Part shown: in pieces, positions 1-9,304 of the stretch
Position numbering within the stretch: the first letter of the stretch is position 1
Layout of the letters: every line of letters starts with the position of its first letter
Origin: a bacterium
Lineage (GTDB): Bacteria; Bacillota; Clostridia; Christensenellales; Aristaeellaceae
DNA: 30,793 bases
Assembly: GCA_963633785.1 (NCBI GenBank)
Contig: CAVHAH010000001.1
Coordinates: 1-30,793, forward strand
Direction: 5' to 3'
Position numbers and translations under genes: made by a program
Notes under the pieces: model-generated
The model's database searches: none
What the model was told of the DNA's origin: nothing
The model's input: only the letters and a program-made list of their open reading frames with translations

Positions 1-1
1 G

Positions 2-2479
2 GTGCTCACGGCGAAACTGCGGCAGCCCGTGGACCGCACGGTTTATATGCTGGACGAAAACGGACAGCCCACCCTGCAGGATGCCGAGAAGAAGGAATGG
101 GCGCTTCGATTCGACTATGATTACGAATGGCTCTGGATCACGCAATCCGCTCAGGCGATGCACCTGAATGTCCGTGCGGGCGGCGATGTGAACATCGAAG
201 AAACCGACGGCGATATGGGTCTGGGCGTGATTACAGCCACGGGCGGCGTGCATCTGGAAGCGACCGACAACATCACGGACACCCGAACGGACGCACAGAC
301 CGAGCCGAATCTCACCGCAGGCGGCGATGCATCGCTGAATGCGAAGAACGGAACCGTCGGTTCGCCCGATGCGCGCATCATTACCGATGTTGACGGAACG
401 ATTATCGCAGATGCGAAGGGCGATATCAGCATCGGCGACATCCAAACGCTTGATTTGATTGCCCAAAGCAAGGAAGGACAGGTGAATGCCTCCGCAAAGG
501 AGAATCTGAATCTGAGCAACAGAAGCGGCGATTTGATTGTCGGCCCCATTCAGGCGGGCAAGGATGCCGCCGTTACCGCACAGGGAAGCATCGTTGCGGG
601 CGACCGACTGGGCGAGGATGCTCAGGTGAAGGCGAACAGCATTGTGCTGAATGCGAAGAACGGCGATATCGGCACACCGCAGGAAGCCTTCCGAGTGGAC
701 ACCGATTCCGAAAACGGCGGAACGCTCTCGGCAAACGGCAGCTATCTGAATATTCTCGAATTGACGGACAATCTCATTCTCAAGAAGATTACCGCTCAGG
801 GCGATGCCGTTATCACCGCCCCCGAAAGCATTCTCGACGGCAACGACACCCCGATTGATCAGGCGGCACAAGCGCAGAAGCAGGCGGACAACGCCAAAGC
901 GCAGGCCGAATCGGCGAAGGCGGATGCGTATGTCCGGCGTGAAGAGGCGAACATGGCGGATTCGGCGGCAGAGGAGATTCGCAATCGGCTTGATTTGCTG
1001 AATCAAAACCCGAAGGCCACCGAAGAACAGAAGGCATTGCTGCAGCAGCAGCTGAACGAAGCGGAGCAAAAGCGGGCGGAAGCCGAAGCAAACGCAAAAG
1101 CCGCCGAAGAAGAAGCACAGCGCAAACAGCAAGCCTATGAAGCGGCGCAGAAGAACGCCGATTCGGCAAAGCAGAATGCGCTTGACGGCGAAACCACCGT
1201 TTCCGCAGGCGGCAATCTCACGCTGAATGCCCTCGGCGATATCGGTTCGGACAATCACGGCCTGTCGCTCAAGGTGCAAGGCGAAGTGGATGCCAACACG
1301 CAAAACGACCTGCACCTCTCCGCCAAGGGCGATTTAACGCTCAAGGATGCCGTAACGGGCGGCGATATCACCCTGAATACGCTGGATGGCGATATCCGTT
1401 CAAACGGCACGGTGAAGGGCGATACGCTCGATGCCAATGCGATTTTCGGCGATGTTGATTTGAATACGCAGGTCGATTCCCTCTCGGCGAAGGGCGAAAA
1501 CGTCACGATTCACAACAACGGCGATGTCACCATCGGCCAAATCACCGCTCAGGACAAACTGCACCTGGATGTGAACGGCAATGTGAATGCCGATTCCGCC
1601 GTTAAGCCCAACATCATGGCGCAGGATGCCACCCTGAATGCCGATAAGAACATCGGCTCGAAGGACAATCCCGTGGATACCGTAATCGGCAATCTCCACG
1701 GCAGCGGCAAGAAAATCTACATCGAGAATCATTCCGAGAATCTGGATATCAACGATGTAAACGCCAAGACGCTGGATGTGAAAACGCAGGGCAACGTCAC
1801 GGGCCGTGATATCACCGTCAGGGACATCACCATTCACGCCAACGGCAATGTCGGCACCCGAACGGAACCGCTGACATTCAAGGCATCGGGGCGCGTGGAC
1901 ATCCGCGCGGGACTGCTGCTCAACTACCGCAATCTCTACCGTGCACCCGAACAGGGAACGCCGATTCACTGCCTGATGGTGCTGAAATTCGACCTCGGCG
2001 AGAATGCCCTGTATGTGCTTATCGGCATGGATGCCAACGGCAAACTCAACATCATGGGCATCTTCCTCGGAGAACGGGAAACGGACGAAGCCTTCTGGAC
2101 GGAGGTATTCACGATTCTCTCCCGAAATCCGAATGCCGAAGGCATCGAATGGATTTGCTTCAGAGACATCAACGGCCTGACGGAAGCGGCGCGGAAATTC
2201 TACGAAACGCCAATCAACCTTTGCGATTTGACCGACATGGAGGAAATCCCGAAAGCCGAACGCATTGCGCAGGTGCTTGAATCCTATGTATCCGACGCCC
2301 GCCCCGTGCTCGAAGCCATCGATTTGTTCCGCGGGGATTTCGCCGAAGGATTGGAAACTTTCGTGAATCTCGATGCCGAATGTGCCGAATTCCTGAAGGA
2401 ATACATCAAGAACGATGTCATCTGGAACGAAAGCACAAAAGCGGAACTGACTCCGCAGAGAATCGGAGAATCCGCTTAA
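2..2479 (+). CDS. 5'-truncated large surface/secreted protein with filamentous-haemagglutinin-like beta-helical repeats, a coiled-coil insert and a C-terminal IS256-transposase-like domain
   Basis: 825-aa frame open from the window edge. G/N/D/T/V-rich repeats recur (LNAKNGTVGS, LNAKNGDIGT, LNALGDIGS, LNADKNIGS, IHANGNVGT). A/Q/E/K-rich helical stretch at about 851-1190; composition changes after about 1960. Stop TAA 2477-2479. Confidence 0.75.
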   Translation: MLTAKLRQPVDRTVYMLDENGQPTLQDAEKKEWALRFDYDYEWLWITQSAQAMHLNVRAGGDVNIEETDGDMGLGVITATGGVHLEATDNITDTRTDAQTEPNLTAGGDASLNAKNGTVGSPDARIITDVDGTIIADAKGDISIGDIQTLDLIAQSKEGQVNASAKENLNLSNRSGDLIVGPIQAGKDAAVTAQGSIVAGDRLGEDAQVKANSIVLNAKNGDIGTPQEAFRVDTDSENGGTLSANGSYLNILELTDNLILKKITAQGDAVITAPESILDGNDTPIDQAAQAQKQADNAKAQAESAKADAYVRREEANMADSAAEEIRNRLDLLNQNPKATEEQKALLQQQLNEAEQKRAEAEANAKAAEEEAQRKQQAYEAAQKNADSAKQNALDGETTVSAGGNLTLNALGDIGSDNHGLSLKVQGEVDANTQNDLHLSAKGDLTLKDAVTGGDITLNTLDGDIRSNGTVKGDTLDANAIFGDVDLNTQVDSLSAKGENVTIHNNGDVTIGQITAQDKLHLDVNGNVNADSAVKPNIMAQDATLNADKNIGSKDNPVDTVIGNLHGSGKKIYIENHSENLDINDVNAKTLDVKTQGNVTGRDITVRDITIHANGNVGTRTEPLTFKASGRVDIRAGLLLNYRNLYRAPEQGTPIHCLMVLKFDLGENALYVLIGMDANGKLNIMGIFLGERETDEAFWTEVFTILSRNPNAEGIEWICFRDINGLTEAARKFYETPINLCDLTDMEEIPKAERIAQVLESYVSDARPVLEAIDLFRGDFAEGLETFVNLDAECAEFLKEYIKNDVIWNESTKAELTPQRIGESA

Positions 2480-2485
2480 ACCGCA

Positions 2486-2522
2486 AATCGGGCAACGCTC
2501 TCATCGAAAGCGTTGCCCGATT
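2486..2522. terminator. Bidirectional intrinsic terminator between convergent genes
   Basis: 14-bp perfect inverted repeat AATCGGGCAACGCT...AGCGTTGCCCGATT followed by T-rich sequence on +. Confidence 0.85.
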
Positions 2523-2534
2523 CTTTATTGATTT

Positions 2535-5471
2535 TTACAGCGGCTGAATGGAATCGTACGTCAAACCGATAATGTTCATAACGTCCGAGAAATACCGATT
2601 CATATCGCTTTCGGAAAGATTCAGCGTGGAATCGTATTTCAGGAATTGCAAAAGCCTGGTCGGTCGGGTTTGCGCATAGCTGATTAGAATCTGCAATGCG
2701 CTGTTGTATTTGCTTTCGCTGAAATCCCAACGCTCGAAATGGTCGGGAAGAACGGTCATCAAAAGATTATACCGCTCTTGGAACATGCTCAGGATATTTT
2801 CGGTGGTCATATTGGTGGCGAGCTGTGTTCCGAAATACGTCAGGAATCGGTCTTTGAAGGTATCGTTTTTCATGGCTGCGATGAACAGCGTGTTGTCGGT
2901 GCGCTTGTTGTTGCCCACGCCGCCCGGCGCAAGCCAGCGGGCGATGGAATTCGTGTCCTGCAAAAACGCCCAGTCGATATCATACAGCACCCAGCGCCAT
3001 TTGCCGTCGGCGTTTGCGTTGCGATAGCGCTTCACGTTGCTCGGGTCGGTGTTTCCGGAGAAAATCTCGATGGCCATGTATTCAATGTAATTCTGAATGT
3101 CGATGTTTTCATCCAGCACCTGATACGCCTCATCGGTGTTCGGATCGTGGGTCGTGAGGTAATCGAGCAGTTCCGTGAAGCTCTCGTTTGAACCCTGCCG
3201 CACGATGTCGTTTTTCACAATCAGATCCAGCGAATCCTCCTGACCTTCCCAGCCTTCATGCTGACAAATCAGCGTGGGGCTGATTGCCTCGCGGATATTG
3301 TACTGCCCCCAGTATTCGCCGTTCAGGTAAACGATGCAAACCTCCGTTTCCTGATACAGAACGCTCGTGTCCTTCGCCAATGTAACCAAAACGGAATCGC
3401 GCATTCGGGTTTTGTTTGCGTCGTCGCTGGAATTGCGAATCAGAATCGCGTGCGCCGTGTCGTAATCACGGTTGGAGAAGATGTGCCCCCGAATCAGGGA
3501 ATCGCCGTATTCGCTGCGGGCAATCAGCTTGAAACACTGCTGCGGTTCGCTTCGGCAGGTTTGCCCCTGCTGCGCCATGCCCACTTCCTGCGAGGTAATC
3601 TGATTGCCGCCGCAATCATAGATTTCAACGTGGGCTTCCCGCTCCCATTCCTGATCGTAGTTCGCCACGCTGCCCGTTCCCGCAACCAGAATGCCCGATT
3701 CGTCGCTGAAAAGGTTGTCCGGATCGGACACGATGGAAACGGTATACACGCTGCCCGAACCGTTTTTCGCATCGAAGATATAGGTTTGCGTTTCCATATA
3801 GGAGGGCATACAGCCGTCCTTGTATGCGCGCGCCCGCAGAACCGTCTGTTCGCTGATTTGAATGGGCGAGGTGTACAGGGCAGACGATTCCGAAGGGTCG
3901 GTGTTGTCGGTGGTGTAGTAAATGCGGCAATCGCTCGGTGCGCTGATGGAAACGGTAATCACATCGCCCGTTGTGAACAGTCCGCCCGAAACGGAGAATT
4001 CAGGCGTTTGCGCACGCCCGAGATAGCTTTCCGAACGGTTTTCGCTCCCCGGCGTCATCGTTTCCAGATACAGACAATCCGAGGAATCGCCCAACCGCCC
4101 GTAGCTGATATCCCGATACTGTTGGGGCACATACACGCGGTCCACAATCGTTCCGTCCGATTGCGCCAGCACCACGGAATATTCGCCGCTTGCCGAAAGG
4201 TTGAAATCGGCCACATTGTAAGCGGAGGATGCGAGAAGCTCGGCATTCACTTCCGTTGAAGTATCGCTGCTTGCGAACACGCACATGTATTCGCCCGCCT
4301 GAATCACCGTTCCCGAAGGAAACTGCCATTTGCGGGGACGTGAGGCATTGTCGGAAAGCCCCCAGCCCGAAAGATCAACGGCGCTGTCGGAGGTATTCAC
4401 AATTTCAATCCAGTCCGCCGAAGAAGAGGAGCTGGCAACGATTTCGCTGATGTGAACGGAATAGAGCGTTTCCGCCGAAGCCACCGCATCCGCACCGTAA
4501 ACCGTGTTGGCGGCGTTCGGCGAGGGCGCAAGTGCGGTTGTCCAGCCGGATTCCGTTCGGGAATAGGCCTGATCCGCCTGCAATTCGGGAACGGTAACGC
4601 TTGAAATAACGGTTCCGTCGCTCTTCGTCAGATACAAACTCACGCCCGAGGAGAGCAATTTGAAATTCGCATGAATGTGCCCGTCTTCCACTTCGTCCAA
4701 TCCCGACATATGCACCGTAAGATATTCATCCGGCTGAAGGGTCACATCGGGAAACGCCCAGCGCTTCGGCTTTTGCTCCTGATTGGAAAGATACATTCCG
4801 GAGAGATTCACCGCTTCGTCCGACTTGTTGTGAATCTCGACATAATCGCTGATTTCGCCGTCTTCATCGGGAAAGAAGGTGCGGTTTTTCGTAACGACCT
4901 CCGTGATTTCCAAATCCCCCGACGATTCAACCGCCGATTGCGAGGAAATTGCTTCGGGCGTGTCCGTGATGCTGTTTTGAGCGTTCGGCGTGGCGGTATA
5001 GCTGAGCTGCCACGAGCCGTTTTCATCCAGCGCATAAACCTGATTGTCGCCCAAACCGGGCACCGTTACGCTGTCGATGGTGTTCCCGTTGGCATTCAGC
5101 AGGTAGATTGTCGAGCCGCCCGAGGAGAGCTTAAACGGCGCATGGTATCCGCCCTCTTTCGAACCGTCCGCCGTGATAACCAGAAACCCGCCCGCTTCAA
5201 TCGTGCAGTTCGGGAACACATAGGATTTCTTCGGTTCGGCGGCGCTCATCAGCGCATAACCGTAAAGACCGATGTCCGAATCCGAGGTATTCTCGATTTC
5301 AATCCAATCGGAATCGCCGACCTCCGAATCCGCCATCACTTCGCTGATGCGCAGTCCCGATGCAACGGCCGTTTGCGCATTGTTTTCCAACATCCACGCC
5401 GCCGCACAGGCCACCAACCCGATTATCGCCATTATGATTACCGTTTTCCACGGGAATCTCGATTTTTTCAT
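2535..5471 (-). CDS. CotH-family kinase with N-terminal signal/TM segment, three lamin-tail (LTD) domains and an Fn3-associated/chitobiase-like domain (paralog 2)
   Basis: LTD motifs (LRISEV..DWIEIEN, LEITEV..DYVEIHN, VHISEI..DWIEIVN); IYYTTDNTDP motif; CotH motifs VYLNGEYWGQY, GNTD, KWRWVLYDIDW. Start set to ATG 5471, which follows GGAGG. Confidence 0.85.
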   Translation of the reverse strand: MKKSRFPWKTVIIMAIIGLVACAAAWMLENNAQTAVASGLRISEVMADSEVGDSDWIEIENTSDSDIGLYGYALMSAAEPKKSYVFPNCTIEAGGFLVITADGSKEGGYHAPFKLSSGGSTIYLLNANGNTIDSVTVPGLGDNQVYALDENGSWQLSYTATPNAQNSITDTPEAISSQSAVESSGDLEITEVVTKNRTFFPDEDGEISDYVEIHNKSDEAVNLSGMYLSNQEQKPKRWAFPDVTLQPDEYLTVHMSGLDEVEDGHIHANFKLLSSGVSLYLTKSDGTVISSVTVPELQADQAYSRTESGWTTALAPSPNAANTVYGADAVASAETLYSVHISEIVASSSSSADWIEIVNTSDSAVDLSGWGLSDNASRPRKWQFPSGTVIQAGEYMCVFASSDTSTEVNAELLASSAYNVADFNLSASGEYSVVLAQSDGTIVDRVYVPQQYRDISYGRLGDSSDCLYLETMTPGSENRSESYLGRAQTPEFSVSGGLFTTGDVITVSISAPSDCRIYYTTDNTDPSESSALYTSPIQISEQTVLRARAYKDGCMPSYMETQTYIFDAKNGSGSVYTVSIVSDPDNLFSDESGILVAGTGSVANYDQEWEREAHVEIYDCGGNQITSQEVGMAQQGQTCRSEPQQCFKLIARSEYGDSLIRGHIFSNRDYDTAHAILIRNSSDDANKTRMRDSVLVTLAKDTSVLYQETEVCIVYLNGEYWGQYNIREAISPTLICQHEGWEGQEDSLDLIVKNDIVRQGSNESFTELLDYLTTHDPNTDEAYQVLDENIDIQNYIEYMAIEIFSGNTDPSNVKRYRNANADGKWRWVLYDIDWAFLQDTNSIARWLAPGGVGNNKRTDNTLFIAAMKNDTFKDRFLTYFGTQLATNMTTENILSMFQERYNLLMTVLPDHFERWDFSESKYNSALQILISYAQTRPTRLLQFLKYDSTLNLSESDMNRYFSDVMNIIGLTYDSIQPL

Positions 5472-5502
5472 GATTTGCCTCCGCATTCATTGCAATGACC
5501 TT

Positions 5503-5531
5503 ATTGTAGCGCAAAATGCTTGAATGAGCAA
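5503..5531 (-). promoter_or_regulatory. Putative sigmaA promoter of CotH paralog 2
   Basis: TTGCTC (5531-5526), 17 bp, TACAAT (5508-5503). Confidence 0.55.
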
Positions 5532-5545
5532 TCTCATTCAAGCAT
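5516..5545 (-). terminator. Intrinsic terminator after CotH paralog 1
   Basis: 13-bp perfect inverted repeat ATGCTTGAATGAG/CTCATTCAAGCAT followed by TTT on the minus strand. Confidence 0.7.
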
Positions 5546-5559
5546 CGTTTATTAAATGT

Positions 5560-8448
5560 TTATAAAGAGGGAATCTGATTGTAAGTCAGACCGACTGCCT
5601 CCATTGCGCCGCCGAAATACTTTTCCATATCGCTTTGGGAAAGATTCAGCGCCTGTGAATCCTTCGCGAATTGCAGCAATCGAGTCGGCCTGCTCTGCGC
5701 ATAATCCACCAGTTCGCTCACTTCTTTATTGTATTTCTTCTCGCTCACGCCCCAGCGCTCGAAGTGGTCGGGCAGAATGGTTGATAAAAGATCGTAGCGC
5801 TCCTTGAATCGGGCAACCACCTGTTCGCTCGACAGGTCATTCGCCAGGCGATTCCCGAAATACGTCAGGAAGCGATCGCGGAAGGTGTCGTTTTTCATGC
5901 AGGCGATAAAGAACGTGTTGTCCGCCCTCAATCCGTCGCCCTTGTTGCCCGCCGTGAGCCAGCGCTGGAACGAATTGGTGTCCACGCTGAATCCCCAGTC
6001 CAAATCATACAGAATCCAGCGCCATTTGCCGTCGGCATTCGGGTTGCGATAGCGCTTGATATTCAAGGTATCGGTGTTGCCGGTGTAAATCTGAAGGGTC
6101 ATGAATTCGATGTAGTTTTGAATGTCGATGGCGGAATCGATTCGCTCATAGGCCTCCTGCGTGTTCGGATTGTGATTCGCAAGATAGTCTGTCAAATCCA
6201 GATAGGTTTGATCCGAACCCTGCAAAACGTTCGCCGTGCCCGCAACCAGATCCAGCGCATCTTCATCGCCTTCCCAGCCCTCGTGCAGGCAAATCAATTC
6301 GGTATTCACCGCTTCCCGAAGGTTGTAGTGCCCCCAGTATTCGCCGTTCAGATAAACCACGCAAACCTCTGTTTCCTGATAGAGCACGCTCGTGTTCGAA
6401 GCAAGCGAAGTCAAAACGGAATCACGCATGCGGGTTTTGTTGATGTCGTCGCCCGAATTGCGCAGAAGGAACGCCTTGCAGGTGTCGTATTCACGGTTGG
6501 AAAACAGCTGTCCCGAAAACAGGGCGTCTCCGTATTCCCGCCGTGCAATCAGCTTGAATCCCTTCTGATTTTCGTTGCGCGTGGCGTTTCCCTGCAAGCG
6601 AACGGAACATTCCTGCGAAAGCAGGGAATTGCCCTCGCAATCGAAAACCTGCGCATTCGCCTCGTATTCCCATTCCTGATAATAGTTCGCCACACTGCCC
6701 GAACCTGCCACCAGAATGCCCTTTTCATCGCTGAAGAAATTGTCGGGATCGGATACCAGCGACACCGTATACACCGCTCCCGAACCGTTTTTCACGTCAA
6801 ACAGATAGCTCTGTGCGGTTGCGAACGAGGGCAGGAAATCATCTTGAAAAGCCCGCGCCCGCAAAACGGTCTGCGATGTAATGGTGATGGGGGAGGTGTA
6901 CAGCTGTGAAGACTGCGTGGGCAGGGTGTTGTCGGTGGTATAGTAAATGCGCGCGCCCGAATTCGCCGAAAGCGCAACCGTTATCGTATCGCCCGTTGTG
7001 AACAATCCGCCCGAAACCGAGAATTCGGGCGATTCGGCGCGCCCCGAATACGATTGCGAGATATTCTCCGCCTGCGGCGTCATGGTTTCCAGATACCGCC
7101 CGTCTGCGGAATTTCCCTGCCGACCGTAGCTGATATCCCGATACTGCTGCGCAATAAACAGCCGATCCGTGATTTCGCCGTCGGGCTGTGCGAGCACCAC
7201 GGAGTAACCGCCTTCGGCCGACAGGCAGAAGCCCGTTGAAAGCATCGAATCCGTTTCGCTTTCGCTTGCCAGCACGCACAGGTATTCACCTGCCCCGATG
7301 ACCGTTCCCGAAGGGAATTGCCATTTGCGGGGCCGAGCGGAATTGTCCGAAAGCCCCCAATCGGAGAGATCCACCGAAACGTCCGAGGCGTTTGCGATTT
7401 CAATCCAGTCCACGTTCGAAGAGTTGGTTGCGGAGATTTCGGAAATATAAACGTCGGGCAGAACCGCCTGCGATTCAGAGGAATCGGCGGTGTTTTCGCG
7501 TTGCGGCGTGGGCGCAAGCGTGCTCTTCCAGCCCGATTCGGTAAGCGAATACACCTGATCCGCCTGCATTTCGGGAACGGTCACCGCCGAAGCGATTTCG
7601 CCGCCTTCGTTCGTTAAAAACAACTGCGTGCCCGAGGCTTTCAATTTGAAATTCGCATGAATGTGATCGCCCTCTGTGCGATTCAGCCCCGATAAATGCA
7701 CGCACAGGTATTCATCCGCCGCAAGCTCTACCGACGGAAACGCCCACATCTTCGGGTTTTCACGCTCGTCCGACAGATACCACCCCGCCAGATTCACGCT
7801 TTCGCCGCTCGTGTTGTGAATCTCCGCATAATCATAGAATTCGCCGTTTTCATCCGGGAAATAGGTGCGGTTCTTGGGCGATACCTCCGTGATTTCCAAA
7901 TCCCCCGCAACCACGTCAATCTCCTGCGCGCGCAGTTCATCAACGGAAGCAATTCGGTTTTCTTCGTTCGGCGTGGCGATATAGCTGATTTGCCAAGCGC
8001 CGTCTTTGTCCCGAACGGCGGATTGACCGCTTGCCAATGCGGGAACGGCGGCGCAATCAATCGCCTCGCCCGAGGCATTCAGAAGATACAGCGTATCCTC
8101 GCCCGAAGAAATGCGAAACGGCGCATGAAAATCGCCCTGCGTGCCGTCGGCGGTGACCACCGTGAATCCGCCCGCTTCAAGCGTGTGATTTCCGAATACA
8201 AACGATTTTTGCGGATGATCGGCACTTGTAAGCGCATAACCGTACAGCGAAACGGCTTCGGAGGATGTGTTTTCGATTTCAATCCAATACGCATCCCCTT
8301 CGCCCGAATCCTGCGCAATCTCGCTGATGCGAAGCGGCGATGGCGAATCCTCCCGTGAACGGCTCTCCAGCAGCCACGCCCCCGCACAGGCCATCAGACC
8401 GATGATTGCAATCAAAGCAACCGTTATTCGCAGATTCTGTCTGTTCAT
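5560..8448 (-). CDS. CotH-family kinase with LTD domains (paralog 1)
   Basis: Same architecture as and colinear with 2535..5471 (e.g. KTRMRDSVL, VYLNGEYWGHY, NADGKWRWILYDLDW). Start set to ATG 8448 (MNRQNLR then a hydrophobic segment). Confidence 0.85.
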   Translation of the reverse strand: MNRQNLRITVALIAIIGLMACAGAWLLESRSREDSPSPLRISEIAQDSGEGDAYWIEIENTSSEAVSLYGYALTSADHPQKSFVFGNHTLEAGGFTVVTADGTQGDFHAPFRISSGEDTLYLLNASGEAIDCAAVPALASGQSAVRDKDGAWQISYIATPNEENRIASVDELRAQEIDVVAGDLEITEVSPKNRTYFPDENGEFYDYAEIHNTSGESVNLAGWYLSDERENPKMWAFPSVELAADEYLCVHLSGLNRTEGDHIHANFKLKASGTQLFLTNEGGEIASAVTVPEMQADQVYSLTESGWKSTLAPTPQRENTADSSESQAVLPDVYISEISATNSSNVDWIEIANASDVSVDLSDWGLSDNSARPRKWQFPSGTVIGAGEYLCVLASESETDSMLSTGFCLSAEGGYSVVLAQPDGEITDRLFIAQQYRDISYGRQGNSADGRYLETMTPQAENISQSYSGRAESPEFSVSGGLFTTGDTITVALSANSGARIYYTTDNTLPTQSSQLYTSPITITSQTVLRARAFQDDFLPSFATAQSYLFDVKNGSGAVYTVSLVSDPDNFFSDEKGILVAGSGSVANYYQEWEYEANAQVFDCEGNSLLSQECSVRLQGNATRNENQKGFKLIARREYGDALFSGQLFSNREYDTCKAFLLRNSGDDINKTRMRDSVLTSLASNTSVLYQETEVCVVYLNGEYWGHYNLREAVNTELICLHEGWEGDEDALDLVAGTANVLQGSDQTYLDLTDYLANHNPNTQEAYERIDSAIDIQNYIEFMTLQIYTGNTDTLNIKRYRNPNADGKWRWILYDLDWGFSVDTNSFQRWLTAGNKGDGLRADNTFFIACMKNDTFRDRFLTYFGNRLANDLSSEQVVARFKERYDLLSTILPDHFERWGVSEKKYNKEVSELVDYAQSRPTRLLQFAKDSQALNLSQSDMEKYFGGAMEAVGLTYNQIPSL

Positions 8449-8479
8449 TCCGCCGACCCCCGATAAATCATATATGAAT

Positions 8480-8508
8480 ATTGTATCGCAAAAATCCCGA
8501 GGACGCAA
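8480..8508 (-). promoter_or_regulatory. Putative sigmaA promoter of CotH paralog 1
   Basis: TTGCGT (8508-8503), 17 bp, TACAAT (8485-8480). Confidence 0.55.
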
Positions 8509-8547
8509 CCCGAAAGAAGCGTTTACAGAATTTCAACCTGCGCGCTG

Positions 8548-8576
8548 TTCGCAATAACGTTATTTTCGATTATAAT
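8548..8576 (+). promoter_or_regulatory. Putative sigmaA promoter of the alarmone synthetase operon
   Basis: TTCGCA, 17 bp, TATAAT (8571-8576). Confidence 0.55.
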
Positions 8577-8609
8577 AAGAATAATCACAATCAGGAGAGA
8601 AAAACGGCA

Positions 8610-9299
8610 ATGAAACATGATGAGATATCGCCCCTGAAGCACGCCTTGATGACCCGCCTGAATAACGGCGAAATCAAGAACTGGCTGAAAGAATACGCCA
8701 TGCCCTATAAGGAGCTGATGGCGTATTACCGCTGTGCAATTATGGAGGTCGAAACGAAATTCAATGTGCTCAACGAGGAGCTTTCCCTGCGTTACGACCG
8801 CAACCCGATTGAATCCGTGAAATCACGCCTGAAATCGCCCGAGAGCATCGTGGACAAAGCGGTTCGCAAGAATATACCGCTCACTGTGGAAGGCATCGAG
8901 CAGTATATGCACGATATTGCGGGCCTGCGGGTAATCTGTTCGTTCCCCGGCGACATTTACATGCTGGCGGATGCCCTCTTGCGTCAGGACGATGTGACCC
9001 TTCTGGAGCGCAAGGATTATATTCGCAATCCCAAACCCAACGGCTATCGCAGTTTGCATCTGATTATCGAAACGCCGATTTTCCTGCACAATCAAACCAG
9101 AAAAATGAAGGTGGAAGTGCAGCTGCGCACGATTTCGATGGACTGGTGGGCGAGCTTGGAGCATAAGATTCGCTACAAGAAGGATTTGGAAAACGATGCG
9201 CAGATTGCCAAAGAGCTGTTTGAATGCGCACAAATGGGCGCCGAGCTGGACAATCGCATGGAAGAAATCCACAAACGGGCCAACGCCGACGAAGAATAA
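8610..9299 (+). CDS. Small alarmone synthetase (GTP pyrophosphokinase, RelP/RelQ-like)
   Basis: Synthetase motifs SRLKSPESIVDK, DIAGLRVIC, KDYIRNPKPNGYRSLH, EVQLRTISMDWWASLEHKIRYK; AGGAG RBS before ATG 8610. Confidence 0.92.
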   Translation: MKHDEISPLKHALMTRLNNGEIKNWLKEYAMPYKELMAYYRCAIMEVETKFNVLNEELSLRYDRNPIESVKSRLKSPESIVDKAVRKNIPLTVEGIEQYMHDIAGLRVICSFPGDIYMLADALLRQDDVTLLERKDYIRNPKPNGYRSLHLIIETPIFLHNQTRKMKVEVQLRTISMDWWASLEHKIRYKKDLENDAQIAKELFECAQMGAELDNRMEEIHKRANADEE

Positions 9300-9304
9300 C
9301 CGCC

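Noticed and set aside
1961..2479. Active IS256 element
   Set aside because: Only a partial domain, in frame with the host gene; no terminal inverted repeats or target duplication found
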